This document shows, in pieces, positions 37,903 through 48,400 of a stretch of 64,000 nucleotides of DNA. How positions within the stretch are numbered: position 1 is the first letter of the stretch; every line of letters begins with the position of its first letter. This DNA is from Candidatus Binatia bacterium (GTDB taxonomy: Bacteria > Desulfobacterota > Binatia > UBA9968 > JAJDTQ01), in assembly GCA_022824205.1 (NCBI GenBank), contig JAJEAI010000201.1, positions 4,704-68,703 on the forward strand, written 5' to 3'. The notes under the pieces are model-generated. The model searched no databases, was not told the DNA's origin, and was given only the letters and a program-made list of their open reading frames with translations. Both the position numbers and the translations under genes were made by a program.

Positions 37903-38625
37903 GTGAAAGTCCACTTTCTCGGGTCCGGGGACGCCTTCGGCAGCGGCGGCCGGAACCAGACCGCGTACCTCCTGGAGCATCGGTCGCACCTGTATCTCCT
38001 GGACTGCGGCCCCTCGACCCTCCCGGCCCTCAGGCGCGCCGGCCTGGACCCCGCCAATCTCGACGCGGTCATCCTGAGCCACTTGCACGGCGACCACTTC
38101 GGCAGGTTGCCCTTCTTCTTCATCCACTACCTCTACGACAAGCCGCGCACGCGTCCGCTGGAGGTGGCCGGACCGCCGGGCACCGAAGAGCGCGTGCGCG
38201 CCCTCATGAGGCTGATGTACGGCGAGAAGGAACTGCCCTTCGCCGCCTTCACCGAGCTTCATCCCGACACCGTCACCGCCGTGGCCGGCGCCGAGGTGCT
38301 GGCCTTCCGGGTGCCGCACCAGACCGACGCCGTGTCCCTGGGACTCAGGGTGACGGCGGCGGGCCGCACCGTGCTCTTTTCGGGCGATTCGAGCTGGACG
38401 GACCAGTTCGTCACGCACAGCCGCGGCGTGGACCTGTTCATCTGCGAATGCTGTTTCTACGACGATCCGTCCACGTCGCACATGAGCTACGTCCAGGTCG
38501 CCGCCCACCGTGACCGCCTGGAGTGCAAGCGGCTGATCCTGACGCACATGGGGGAGGAGATGCTGGCGCGGCGCCGGTCGCTGCCCATCCGGACCGCCGA
38601 GGATGGAATGGTGGTGGACCTCTAA
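37903..38625 (+). CDS. MBL-fold metallo-hydrolase (RNase Z/ElaC-like)
   Basis: The LSHLHGDH motif is present. A probable GTG start at 37903 reads VKVHFLGSGDA. The ORF-track start at 37783 is likely an extension. Confidence 0.6.
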   Translation: MKVHFLGSGDAFGSGGRNQTAYLLEHRSHLYLLDCGPSTLPALRRAGLDPANLDAVILSHLHGDHFGRLPFFFIHYLYDKPRTRPLEVAGPPGTEERVRALMRLMYGEKELPFAAFTELHPDTVTAVAGAEVLAFRVPHQTDAVSLGLRVTAAGRTVLFSGDSSWTDQFVTHSRGVDLFICECCFYDDPSTSHMSYVQVAAHRDRLECKRLILTHMGEEMLARRRSLPIRTAEDGMVVDL

Positions 38626-38673
38626 CTGAGGGCGAAACTTGACATCCCTCCGGCCGTCTCCTACAAACCCGCC

Positions 38674-38958
38674 ATGCCCAAAGTCACTTTCATGCCCCTG
38701 GGACAGAGCTTCGAGGTCGACGACGGCACCACCATCCTGGTGGCCGCGATCCGCAACGGCGTCAAGCTGCGCCACGACTGCACCGAGGCCATCTGCGGCA
38801 CCGACAAGGTGAAGATCCTCGCGGGCCAGAACAACCTGAGCCCCATGGACGACAACGAAGAGCTCACGCTGTCCATGCTCGAATCCGACGACGCCGACCG
38901 CCTGGGCTGCGTCGCCAAGGTGCTCGGCGACGTGATCGTGGAGATTCCGGCGGAGTGA
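38674..38958 (+). CDS. small 2Fe-2S-ferredoxin-fold-like protein (third Cys ligand replaced: CTEAICGTD)
   Basis: The 94-aa pattern MPKVTFMP.GQSFEV.DGTTIL.AA...GV.L...C....CGT..V matches the plant-type ferredoxin fold, but only 3 Cys residues are present. Confidence 0.35.
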   Translation: MPKVTFMPLGQSFEVDDGTTILVAAIRNGVKLRHDCTEAICGTDKVKILAGQNNLSPMDDNEELTLSMLESDDADRLGCVAKVLGDVIVEIPAE

Positions 38959-38987
38959 CGGGAGCGTCCGCCTCGTAGAGAACTCCC

Positions 38988-41666
38988 CTACGACTTCCAT
39001 CCACGGGCCAGGGTCTGCCGTTTTGCGTCGTCGTCCAACACTTGCGCGCACGATTCCCAATCGATGGGCTTGATCTCATGGTACCGGATCTCGAACGGGT
39101 GTTTCTCCGGCACCATGTCGATGGTCCTTCTCGCTTCCTCCATCCGACCCAGGGCGACTTGGATCCAGACGTCTTCGAGCGTGTCCGGCAACTGCCCGAA
39201 CAGGCCGGAGATGTTTTGCAGCCGTTGCGATAGGAGCTGATGCACACGATCCTCCACCGAGCCCGTGTAACGCAGGTTGTAGACATCGACTTCAGGGCGA
39301 ACCTGCCCGATGCGCTGAATACGGCCCTTGCGCTGTTCGAGGCGGGAGGGATTCCAGGGTAGGTCCAGGTTGATGAGGGCGCCCAATCGTTGCAGGTTCA
39401 GCCCTTCCGAGGCCGCATCCGTGCCAAGCAGCAGCCGCAGTTCGCCCCGGCGCACGGCTTCTTTCAACGAGTCGCGATGCCGGCGCTCGAAAATCCCGCC
39501 GCGTACCACGCCCGAACGGTTCATACCAGCGTAGATGCCGATGGTTTCATCCGGCAACTCGCGCGTGAGTTGGTTCGCCAGCCACCATGCCGAGTCGTAG
39601 TACTGGCTGAAGACGATGCAGCCGCGCGCCAACCAACCGTCGTCCACGAGCAAACCCTTGACGGCGGCGTATTTCGGGTCCTGGTCCCGGTTCGCTTCCA
39701 TTGCCTGGGCGAGCCGCGAGAGCAGTTGGCGTTCTTCGCTCGTCAGGGCGCCAATCCGGTCATCCGTCTCGTCGTCATCGTTGAGGTCGTTGCGCAGTTC
39801 TCCGTCGTGGAGGATTTTCGTGACCGTGAGTCGTCCTGCCTCGATGGTGCTGCCGATCCGGCGTAGCAGTACGGTACGGAAGAGCCCGGCGTTCGTACGC
39901 TTGTCCAGCAGCCCGCAGAATTCTTCCGCGAGAGAGTAGGCGTCCTCCAGGAACGGCGGCAATTTGATCGCGTCGTCGTCCGACTCGCCGTGCAACCGAA
40001 TCCTTACGGGCGCGAGGTAGGGCTCGCCCGTGCCGGGATCGATGGTGCTTTCCAGATACTCCCGGGTGCGTCTGACGATGGTGCGGATATAGGGACTGTG
40101 GCGCTCGATAAAGCGTTCGAATCCGTTTTCGATCCGCTGCCTGTCGGGTGGACGCAACATCTCCACCGCTTTCCCCGGCGCATACGCGTCGTCGTCCGAC
40201 AGGGAAAGCGACCGACGCAACATCTCGAAGTCCTTGTCCTCCGTGCGTGGGGGCAGGGGATTGCGGACCCACTCCCAACGCTCGTGGAAATCGACGGGTG
40301 GAGACGTCTTTCTCAGGAGCATGTCGAGGGACTCCCGTGGGCGGCGCCAGCGGCTTCCCGGAGCGCCCAGCACGGCTTCCGAGCCTCGCGCCAGGGCATC
40401 GAGCAGATCATGGGCCTCAATGGGATGCAGTTGCACCGGGGTTGCAGTGGCGAGCAACAGGCTCTTTGTGCGCGGCGAGATCCGTTGCAGGAAGTGCAGG
40501 AGATTGTTCGGCTTGGCTGATGCCCACGGTTGGTTCATGCGGAAGTTCCGGCGCCGCGCTCTGTGGGCTTCGTCCAGAATCACGCATTCGAAACGCATGT
40601 TCGCCAACAACTCCACCGCGTCGCCGCCGCGCGTAATCAACCCTGTGGACACGATCCCGACCCGACGCGGACAGCTCCGAACGGACTCTTCGCCCGTCCC
40701 AGGATGTTCCACGCCTTGCTCGTCCACCCACTGGCCGCCATCCCAGATCGCCGATGGCAATCCGAGCAACGTGTCGAGTTCGTCTTGCCACTGCTGAAGC
40801 AGCGGCTTGGGGGCCAGGACCAGCACTGGCCCGTCGCCTGCCAAGGCCATCAGTTGGGCCGTCATCGCGAGTTGGAGGGTCTTTCCGAGCCCAACCTGGT
40901 CAGCCAACACGAAGCGTGCACCGTGTGGACCCCGATGAGCGTCGAAAGCGAGCTTCACGAAGTGTTTCTGGTGCTCCCACAGGCCGACTTCTTTTCGGTA
41001 GACGGGCGACTCGATGACAGCCGATGCAGGGTTTGGTTCGTCTCGCCAATGATCGACGTCCCGCACCAGTTCACGGCGCGAGAGCCGGTCGAGGTCCTGC
41101 ACGACGAAGTCCGCGAGTTGAACCGCGAAGGGCGAAGACCAGAGGACATCGAACTCTTCCTGAACCCACGACACCGCCTCCGGTGAGTCGTCCTCCCAAA
41201 TGAGTTCATAGTTGAGACGAAACGCGGTCCTGGATTCGTTGGCGCTGCCCAGGAAGGAGGTCCGCCGTCCATCCGCAAGGGTGATTACGCCCGCCTTGCC
41301 GTGGATCAGGCCGAAGACGTCATCGGGCAAGACGCGAATCTCGATCTTCCCTGAACGGAGGAAGTCGTAGAGCCGCTTGAAGCGCGGCTTGGCGGCGACG
41401 CCGAGATGTTCCGGACCGGAATCGCACCATTCGCGGCGCATGGCCGCCTGTGCCGCCTTGGCGACCTCCACGTCAGCACGGGAGAGGCCGGAATTGCACA
41501 CGACCCGCACCTTGCCTTCGATGCTTTCCAACGCCTCGCCCGCGACTTCGAGGATGGACGACGAGAAGTAGCCGGCGATGCGGTCGTAGGACCTGGCTCT
41601 GGTAAGCCGGTTGGTCAGAAAGCCGGCGTCCAGCGGCTTGCGGCGAGAGGAGTATCGCTTGAGCAT
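38988..41666 (-). CDS. phospholipase-D-family nuclease :: SNF2-family helicase fusion (defense-island helicase)
   Basis: The N-terminus carries the HKD motif HGKAGVI...GSANES. The helicase core has the Walker A motif GLGKT, the DEAH box VILDEAH, and the C-terminal helicase motif LDLPWNPSRLEQRKGRIQRIGQ. Confidence 0.8.
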   Translation of the reverse strand: MLKRYSSRRKPLDAGFLTNRLTRARSYDRIAGYFSSSILEVAGEALESIEGKVRVVCNSGLSRADVEVAKAAQAAMRREWCDSGPEHLGVAAKPRFKRLYDFLRSGKIEIRVLPDDVFGLIHGKAGVITLADGRRTSFLGSANESRTAFRLNYELIWEDDSPEAVSWVQEEFDVLWSSPFAVQLADFVVQDLDRLSRRELVRDVDHWRDEPNPASAVIESPVYRKEVGLWEHQKHFVKLAFDAHRGPHGARFVLADQVGLGKTLQLAMTAQLMALAGDGPVLVLAPKPLLQQWQDELDTLLGLPSAIWDGGQWVDEQGVEHPGTGEESVRSCPRRVGIVSTGLITRGGDAVELLANMRFECVILDEAHRARRRNFRMNQPWASAKPNNLLHFLQRISPRTKSLLLATATPVQLHPIEAHDLLDALARGSEAVLGAPGSRWRRPRESLDMLLRKTSPPVDFHERWEWVRNPLPPRTEDKDFEMLRRSLSLSDDDAYAPGKAVEMLRPPDRQRIENGFERFIERHSPYIRTIVRRTREYLESTIDPGTGEPYLAPVRIRLHGESDDDAIKLPPFLEDAYSLAEEFCGLLDKRTNAGLFRTVLLRRIGSTIEAGRLTVTKILHDGELRNDLNDDDETDDRIGALTSEERQLLSRLAQAMEANRDQDPKYAAVKGLLVDDGWLARGCIVFSQYYDSAWWLANQLTRELPDETIGIYAGMNRSGVVRGGIFERRHRDSLKEAVRRGELRLLLGTDAASEGLNLQRLGALINLDLPWNPSRLEQRKGRIQRIGQVRPEVDVYNLRYTGSVEDRVHQLLSQRLQNISGLFGQLPDTLEDVWIQVALGRMEEARRTIDMVPEKHPFEIRYHEIKPIDWESCAQVLDDDAKRQTLARGWKS

Positions 41667-41672
41667 GGGCGA

Positions 41673-42353
41673 TCAGCACGGAACCGGGTGAAAACCGAGG
41701 AACGCATGATGGAGGTCGATGGGCGTGGGTCGGCTTGGTCTCGGATGACGGCTGCTCCGCGCCCAAAACGCATTGACGATGGTGGACGGCCGAAGATGCT
41801 CGCGCCCGCGTCTTGTGCGGGCCAGGTACCGGTTGATGCCCGCCACTGCGGCACCGGCGTCGCCCGACAACAGGTATCCGGTCATGAAACCCACCGCGTG
41901 ACTACCCGCATACTTTCCGTTCTCGAAACGGTCGATACCCTCGACGACGTACTGGCGGCAGAGATTGGCGTCGTTTCCTGCCACGCGTTTGCACTCGATA
42001 ATTGCGTGAGGGTCGTGTTCATCGTATTTCTCGCGAATGTCTTGAAAGAAGATAGGGATGTCCGTTCGTCCGTCAGGCGTCAAAACCGCAGCGCTCGACC
42101 GAGACTCGGTCCCCGGCAATACAGTCAGATTTCTGCGCCAATCACCGGTCATCTCCGCCAGCGCCTCTCTCATGCCGGTCCGAAGACATTCTGTTATGGC
42201 TACCTCGCCCGCCTCGCGATGCGCGTCTGGCGAGGCAATCGCCCGTGCCCAGCCCGCGAGGAGAATCTGCAGAATCGCGTCGCAGCGTTCACGCTGGATG
42301 TCAATGCACTGCAGTCCACGAACGCCATGTCGCCGAGGAACGTCGTACTTCAC
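41673..42353 (-). CDS. hypothetical protein, putative small PD-(D/E)xK nuclease
   Basis: ...PDGRTDIPIFF...HAIIECKRV fits the PD-x(n)-ExK restriction-endonuclease-fold motif. There is a 4-nt overlap with the methyltransferase gene upstream and a 7-nt gap to the helicase gene. Confidence 0.4.
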   Translation of the reverse strand: MKYDVPRRHGVRGLQCIDIQRERCDAILQILLAGWARAIASPDAHREAGEVAITECLRTGMREALAEMTGDWRRNLTVLPGTESRSSAAVLTPDGRTDIPIFFQDIREKYDEHDPHAIIECKRVAGNDANLCRQYVVEGIDRFENGKYAGSHAVGFMTGYLLSGDAGAAVAGINRYLARTRRGREHLRPSTIVNAFWARSSRHPRPSRPTPIDLHHAFLGFHPVPC

Positions 42354-45300
42354 GTTGTGTGGCTACCGTGAACGCTGTCCTTTACGACCGCATCCGCATC
42401 TTCCAGGCCGCAGACGCCCAACCAATGCCGGCGCGCCGCGGGCTTGATGATGGAGACCTCGTCCCTTGCGTGTACTCGCAGATCGCGCAAGCCGACCAAG
42501 GCGTCGGTGATCTGAACCTGTGTGCGTTCACCTATCTGTGCAAGCACCTGTTTGAGCGGACCGTCGGGAGGCACCACCTCCATCACCGAGGGACCGGGCG
42601 TATCCTCCAACACGAACCGAATGACCCTGAGCGGGTCGTTGTCTTCAAGCGCAAAAATTTCAGCGCGCATTCGACGACGGTTCGACGCCGACAGCCATAC
42701 GTCCATGGTGGAAAGAAACGCACGTGCATAGTCCTGAAGATGGTCCGTGCCAGCCGGTGTGACGGATTCAAGCCGTCCCTGCTTCCACTGCCAGCCTGCT
42801 CGAAACAGGCCGTCCCGCACGACGACTCGATTTGTCTCATCCAGTCCGTAAAGGTCGAAGACAGCCTCGTCGAGCGTTCGCCAACCGTCATCATCGGGTG
42901 TGTTGCCCCGGAAGGACCGTGCCAGTTGGACAATGTGCCGGCCAAGGTCGGAATTGGCCGCATTTTCCAGATCGGGTACGGGCAAGGAGGTGATGTCGCT
43001 GGTTAGAAGTCGCCGTTTCCACACTCCGAAAGTGGATGCCGTCATGATGAAGTACCAAGAGGCCAGCGCCGAACCAAGGATAGCTGCCAGCAAATGCGCG
43101 ACCCCGGCATGTTTGGCGGAAAAGGAGGCGCCGAAGTAGGCCTTGGTGAACACTACGGCTTCTTCGGAAACGGCGACCAGGGGTCGCGGTGTCTTTCGCA
43201 GGAACTCTTCCACAACCAGAAGCGGGGCTTCGTAGATACTTCGTTCACGCGCGCGTTCCACAAGTTCTTCACGGAAATGGGGAAGATCTGTAGGCATGGA
43301 GAAATGCCTAAGATCGCGACCGGAGTTAAGTTTGCGGTCGCCGGGTAGCCTGCCCAGCAGTGGCAGTCCGTGCAGAAAGGCCGCGTTTGCACTACGGTTT
43401 CCGAACGTCAGGCCGACCTTCAATTCCGAGTTGATCGTAGTCAGGCGGTCCTTCAGTGTCTTGTGCGATGTAGCGAGATCGTCCAACAAAAGCAGATCGT
43501 GCCGCCTGCCCAGGAACGCCGCCTTGAACAACCCTTGGTGACGCGTCCAGCTTGCGATGGGAAGCGTGGTGATGTCGCTCGGCGCGACCTCGATGGTGTG
43601 ACTGCGCTCGCCAGCAGCCGACCAGGACGTTTGCACAAGGACCATCCGATCAGCGGAGTCCTCGCGCTGGCAGGCGAGGAGGGCCATGGCAGGCATGTTG
43701 GCCTTGGGGAACAACCAACCGGAAAGATCGGATAGATTGATCAAGGTTACGGGGGCAAGGGCCTCGACAAGGCTGCGCGCCGCGTTGATGCCGGTCGAAC
43801 TGCGGCTGAAGAATGGCAGCGCGCTCAGGATCAGCCCGAACCTTGTTTTGTCGTGCGCGAAGTTCAGCGCACGCAAGGCGAAGTCGAGACTTTCACCACG
43901 GGGTTGAAGAGGCGTCTGCGATCCGGCAGTTCGCCGGGCGTCAGTTCCGGCTCTTCCCTTGAAGGTCCACGGCGGGTTGCCCACGATGACGTCGAATTTC
44001 CGTAAACCCTCGGCAGTGGTCAGAGCATTTCGTCCGTCCGGAGTCTGTTCGATTTGTCTTGCGTCGCCAACAAGCAGGGTCCTGCCTTCGAGGGGATCGA
44101 ACCTGAGTGCATGTGGGGGTTGCGGATCAGGGTCCAGCTCCAGCGCCGCCAGATAAAGGCTAAAAGCCGCGATGCGGACGGCAGCCCTGCTGACATCCAC
44201 GCCGCATACCTGCTTGTAGAGGGTATCACGGATTATCTTGCGACTCGGCCTCGATCCGTTGGACTTGAGGTACACGAGCCTTCGTAGCGCCTCTACGAGA
44301 AAGACGCCCGAGCCACAGGTGAGGTCCAGAACCTGTTCATGACCCGTCAGGCCGTCGAACACCTCGTCCAGCACGAGGGAAACCGCCGCTAATGGCGTGT
44401 AATATGCACCTTCGGATTTTGCAGGCAAAGGCGTCTCGCCGCTCCCATCCGCCGCCGAATGAACGAACTGTTCGTAGATTGCACTGATCAACTCCACCGG
44501 AATGACGTCGAATCGGTAAGGAAAGAGAGACATCTGACCGGTTTCAGGGTCTTCCGCTTCAAGGAATCTCGCCACCTGCTCAAGGTGCTTGGTGGCAGGA
44601 ACCGATTTCGGCGCTGGCGGAAACATGTCGCCATTGAAGGTCTCTCGAAGCCACTCGAAAAGGCTTCGAGTGGCTGAGCGGTCACGCAAGACTTGAGGCA
44701 GGTCCCGGTGGCCGCAAAGTTTCATTAAACGCTGGGCGGTAACGATCCGCCGGTCGATCAGATATTTGGTGAAAATGGACCGGCCGATCAGGCTCTGTGC
44801 ATCCTCGCGCCCGAGATCCAATTCGACAAGAGAGCGTTCGAGTCCGCTGATGTCACGCAGCAACCGGCTATCGACACTGTCCTTGCGATTGACGCCTTCC
44901 ACCCTGCGCCAAAATTGACCGGTTTCCATGGCCAATCGGCCGGCGAGTCTGTCGAGTTCCGCCAACTTTGTGTCTAGAAGGCTGAATGTGTTCAGCCGAT
45001 TCTCAATCGCATCTTCAGGCTGCCTCGGAACACCGAAGCCGTTGTACAGATCGACGCGCTCCGGGGACACGATCCACAGCAAAGGAGAGAATCCTCGGTT
45101 CCAGATCTCCTGTTGCCAGTCGGCAATCGGCGCCTGATCCGGTTCATCCACGTATTTGAAGTAAACCGTCAGGTCGGAAGCGTTGCCGCCCCAAGGGGCA
45201 GAGTCGGCATTGTTCCGCCACCAGGCTTCCGGCTCGAAAGAAGGGAGCCGATCAGGTGGATGCGGACGGGCGAGTGCCTCGGCGGAACCGGCAACCATCA

Positions 45301-45376
45301 CGCTGGGTGCGGCAGGCTCACCGTCCGACAGATACCCAGTGGCTTCGAGAACGCGGCTGAGAGGCTCGGCGATCAT
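42350..45376 (-). CDS. N6-adenine DNA methyltransferase, Eco57I/PglX-like (gamma class), with C-terminal TRD-like extension
   Basis: The motifs are SEGAYYTP, the motif I block VLDLTCGSGVFLVEA, and motif IV VIVGNPPW. The N-terminal FPYRFDVIPVELISAIYEQFVHS block is typical of PglX/type IIG methyltransferases. I see no nuclease motif. Confidence 0.75.
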   Translation of the reverse strand: MIAEPLSRVLEATGYLSDGEPAAPSVMVAGSAEALARPHPPDRLPSFEPEAWWRNNADSAPWGGNASDLTVYFKYVDEPDQAPIADWQQEIWNRGFSPLLWIVSPERVDLYNGFGVPRQPEDAIENRLNTFSLLDTKLAELDRLAGRLAMETGQFWRRVEGVNRKDSVDSRLLRDISGLERSLVELDLGREDAQSLIGRSIFTKYLIDRRIVTAQRLMKLCGHRDLPQVLRDRSATRSLFEWLRETFNGDMFPPAPKSVPATKHLEQVARFLEAEDPETGQMSLFPYRFDVIPVELISAIYEQFVHSAADGSGETPLPAKSEGAYYTPLAAVSLVLDEVFDGLTGHEQVLDLTCGSGVFLVEALRRLVYLKSNGSRPSRKIIRDTLYKQVCGVDVSRAAVRIAAFSLYLAALELDPDPQPPHALRFDPLEGRTLLVGDARQIEQTPDGRNALTTAEGLRKFDVIVGNPPWTFKGRAGTDARRTAGSQTPLQPRGESLDFALRALNFAHDKTRFGLILSALPFFSRSSTGINAARSLVEALAPVTLINLSDLSGWLFPKANMPAMALLACQREDSADRMVLVQTSWSAAGERSHTIEVAPSDITTLPIASWTRHQGLFKAAFLGRRHDLLLLDDLATSHKTLKDRLTTINSELKVGLTFGNRSANAAFLHGLPLLGRLPGDRKLNSGRDLRHFSMPTDLPHFREELVERARERSIYEAPLLVVEEFLRKTPRPLVAVSEEAVVFTKAYFGASFSAKHAGVAHLLAAILGSALASWYFIMTASTFGVWKRRLLTSDITSLPVPDLENAANSDLGRHIVQLARSFRGNTPDDDGWRTLDEAVFDLYGLDETNRVVVRDGLFRAGWQWKQGRLESVTPAGTDHLQDYARAFLSTMDVWLSASNRRRMRAEIFALEDNDPLRVIRFVLEDTPGPSVMEVVPPDGPLKQVLAQIGERTQVQITDALVGLRDLRVHARDEVSIIKPAARRHWLGVCGLEDADAVVKDSVHGSHTT

Positions 45377-45406
45377 CGGCGGCCTCTCAGCCTTGTCTTA
45401 CGAAGA

Positions 45407-48400
45407 TCAGACATGGTCGTTCTCCACTGCGCCGGCAACGACACGTGCAGCGGAGGCGTCGTCACGCCAATGCTCGATTTCGATGGCGGTGAGGTAGCGA
45501 AGCACCGCAGCCAGCGCTTCGCGTTGCGTCCAATAGTCGGCTAGCTCGGTGTGCAGCCAAGTGAGGCTGTCGGCGACTTCGCCGCTTTCCGCCGCGCGCC
45601 ATATGGCGTAGAGGGCGTGGCGGACGAGGCTGTTGCCGAAGGCGGAGCCGCCGAGCTCCCGGCGGCCGAACTCCGAGGCGGTCTTCAGGCGAGTTTCGTT
45701 GGCCTTGGCGGTCTGGAGCAGCACGCGGTAGTCCCGCACGCCGAACCCGCGGGCGAACTCCTGATAGACCCCGTTCCGGAACTCGCCGCGGCTTTCGACT
45801 TCGATCCCCTTGAGATAGAGCTTTTCCTCCGGGCCGAGCCGCCGCCACAGGTAATCGGGGATGCCTCTTGGAACAAGGAAATTGCTCGCGGTCTTTACGG
45901 CGTCGTCGATGATCCGTTCGATGGGATTGACCTCTCCCGCTTCCCGCTCACGCGAGAGTTGCCAGGCGATGTCGATGTCCTCGATGGCTCCGTACCGGGT
46001 CAACACCCGCAACGCCGCGGCGTAGGCAGCGAGCTGATAGTCGGCGTCAGAGAAATTCGGGGCCTCCCGGTCATCGAGTTGGAGCATGGAGTCGAGCTGT
46101 CGCTCCACCTCACTCTCGACTTCCGGGACCAACTCGTCCAGGAAAGCGGTTTCATCGGAGGTCTGCTTGCGCAGCACCATCAACACGGTGCCCTGGACGT
46201 AGTTGCCGTCCTTGAGGGCTGAGTCGGTCTCCGTCGCGATGGTCCATGCGGCGGTCACGCGCAGGCCCGCGGCCCATAAAATAAGGGCAAGGTTGGCCCA
46301 GACGGATGCGTCCTGGTGGGTGAACATGACGACCTGGAGGCCGTTATCGGGCATGTGCGCGGCGAGGTTGCGGTAGCAGTCCACCATGCTGCGGCGGAAG
46401 TCGGCGGCGGCACCTTGGACGGCGAGGGCGCGCTTGCTGTCAGCGTACCATGCCGGGAAGAGCTCCGGCAGGGTCTTTTCGTACCATGCGAGGAAGAACT
46501 CGGAGAGTTCGTGGTAGTTGATGGCGTCGGCGTAAGGTGGGTCCGTGATCCATATATCCACATCGCTTAGTTCCTCGCGCGCGTCACGCGAGAAAACACT
46601 ACTAGTTGACGCCTTTCTGCCGGTGACGATGTGATTGACAATGGATGTCATGCGCGGCCAGGGACGCGATATATAGATGTAAAGTGTGTTCAACGCCTGA
46701 TTGGCAAACGTGTCAGCCCCTTTCTCGTTAGCGGCGTTGTTGACCCAACGAGTAAGGCGACTATTAAAGTTCAGGCATCGAGCTAATCCCAAACAGAGTG
46801 CTCTTCTCTGTTGCTGACTAAATTTTTCGTGTTCAATGGTGAACTCGCCGAACAATCCTGCCAATAACAACTGGCGTTGATTGAACAGATGGTGCCAATA
46901 TGTCCAGCCGCGCGTTCGGATCGGCTCATCCGTCTTGGCCCCAGGTGTGATTGCCCGGCTCGGGATGTAGCCATGCGTCTGCCATTCCGCAAAGCGCTCC
47001 CGAAGCAGCGTCAGTGTATGCGCTTCCCGCTCCAGGTCGGCCTCATCCACGCTCCGGTACAATGTTTTCGGAAGCGAGTTGGCGAGGGCTTTCACCCGTT
47101 CGTTCCTTTGGATTATGGTCTCTCGCAGTCGTTGGATTCCTTGAATCGCCGCTGCAAGGTCGCGCTTTGGGAGACCTGCCGCCTTTCGAGTCTCGAACTC
47201 GTGCTGCGCTTCCACGAGGGCGTGGTCTTCGGCTCGCCAGTCGCGTATGCGCAGTTCCGCAACTTCACAGCGCTCGTCAGCCGCGAGCAGGGCAACCAAT
47301 GCGTCGGTCGCGCGTTCGCGGTCAACCCATTCCGGCAGGGGAAAGAGGGTACCCTCTGGGGTCGCAGACGCAGCGTCCTCGCCAGTGTTGCACGCCGACG
47401 ATGGCCGTGCCTGCTGTTCAGCCCAGAGCACTTCATCCAGGCGCGGCAGCCGCCAGCGAACGCAGTAGAGCCTTTCCTGGAACACGTCGTCCGGCCGTGG
47501 GAGGATGTCGTCATTCTCCCACTGCCGCAGCCCATATTTCTTGCCTGCACCCGTTCCCGCAGAGGTAGGCCCGCCACGCTGATCACCGCGAATCGCTGTC
47601 ATGGGCGTCGATGCCTCGCCCTCGTGGCCGGGGTTGGGGCATACCAGCCGTGATTGCTTCACGGTGCCGGCGTTGCGCGCCGTGTCCAGGTCATCGGTGC
47701 TGACGCCGGAGCGGATGTCGATGGCGAAGCGCCGTTGCTCCGGCTCCGGTCGCAACTGCGCGATCGCTCGCGTCTTCTCTCCAATGACCCAACTCGGCGC
47801 CAGCGGCACCAGCCAACCGCACTCGGGGCAGGTCGTCTCGGTGCAATAAAGGAAGGCATCGGCCCGCCAGCCGACGTCGTTGTGCTCGATGCGCCATTCC
47901 GTGATCTGCCGATCGACGGCGTCGAACACGTCGGCTTGGGCCTGTCGGACGCTCTCGGCAACCTTTTGGCCGCCACCGACGATATTGAGCGCGCCCCAAG
48001 TGAGCAACGCGGCCACCGGGTTGAGATCGGAACCATAGGCTTCGCATCCAAGCCGGGCGGCTTCAAAGGGAATACTGCCGCCCCCGCAGAAGGCGTCGCC
48101 AACCCGTGGCGCGTGTCCGAAACGGCGCTCGCCCAACTCTTTCACCAGTTCCGTCAAGTTCGCCGCCGCGCCAAGGTGCTCGTTGATGCGTTGCCAGGCA
48201 TCGGGTGAGGGGCCATCCACGTGCTCGGGCCGAACGCACCAGTTCAGCTTTTCGTCATAGCTCATCCGGTCGAAGACGATGCGTTGCAACCGTTGCTTGT
48301 CGGCGGACTTCAGGCCCGGCTTGAGTTTCGGACGGCTTGGGTCTGCGGCGTCCATAAACCACTGCTGCCGTTCTGACGGCGACAGACGACCGTAGACTTC

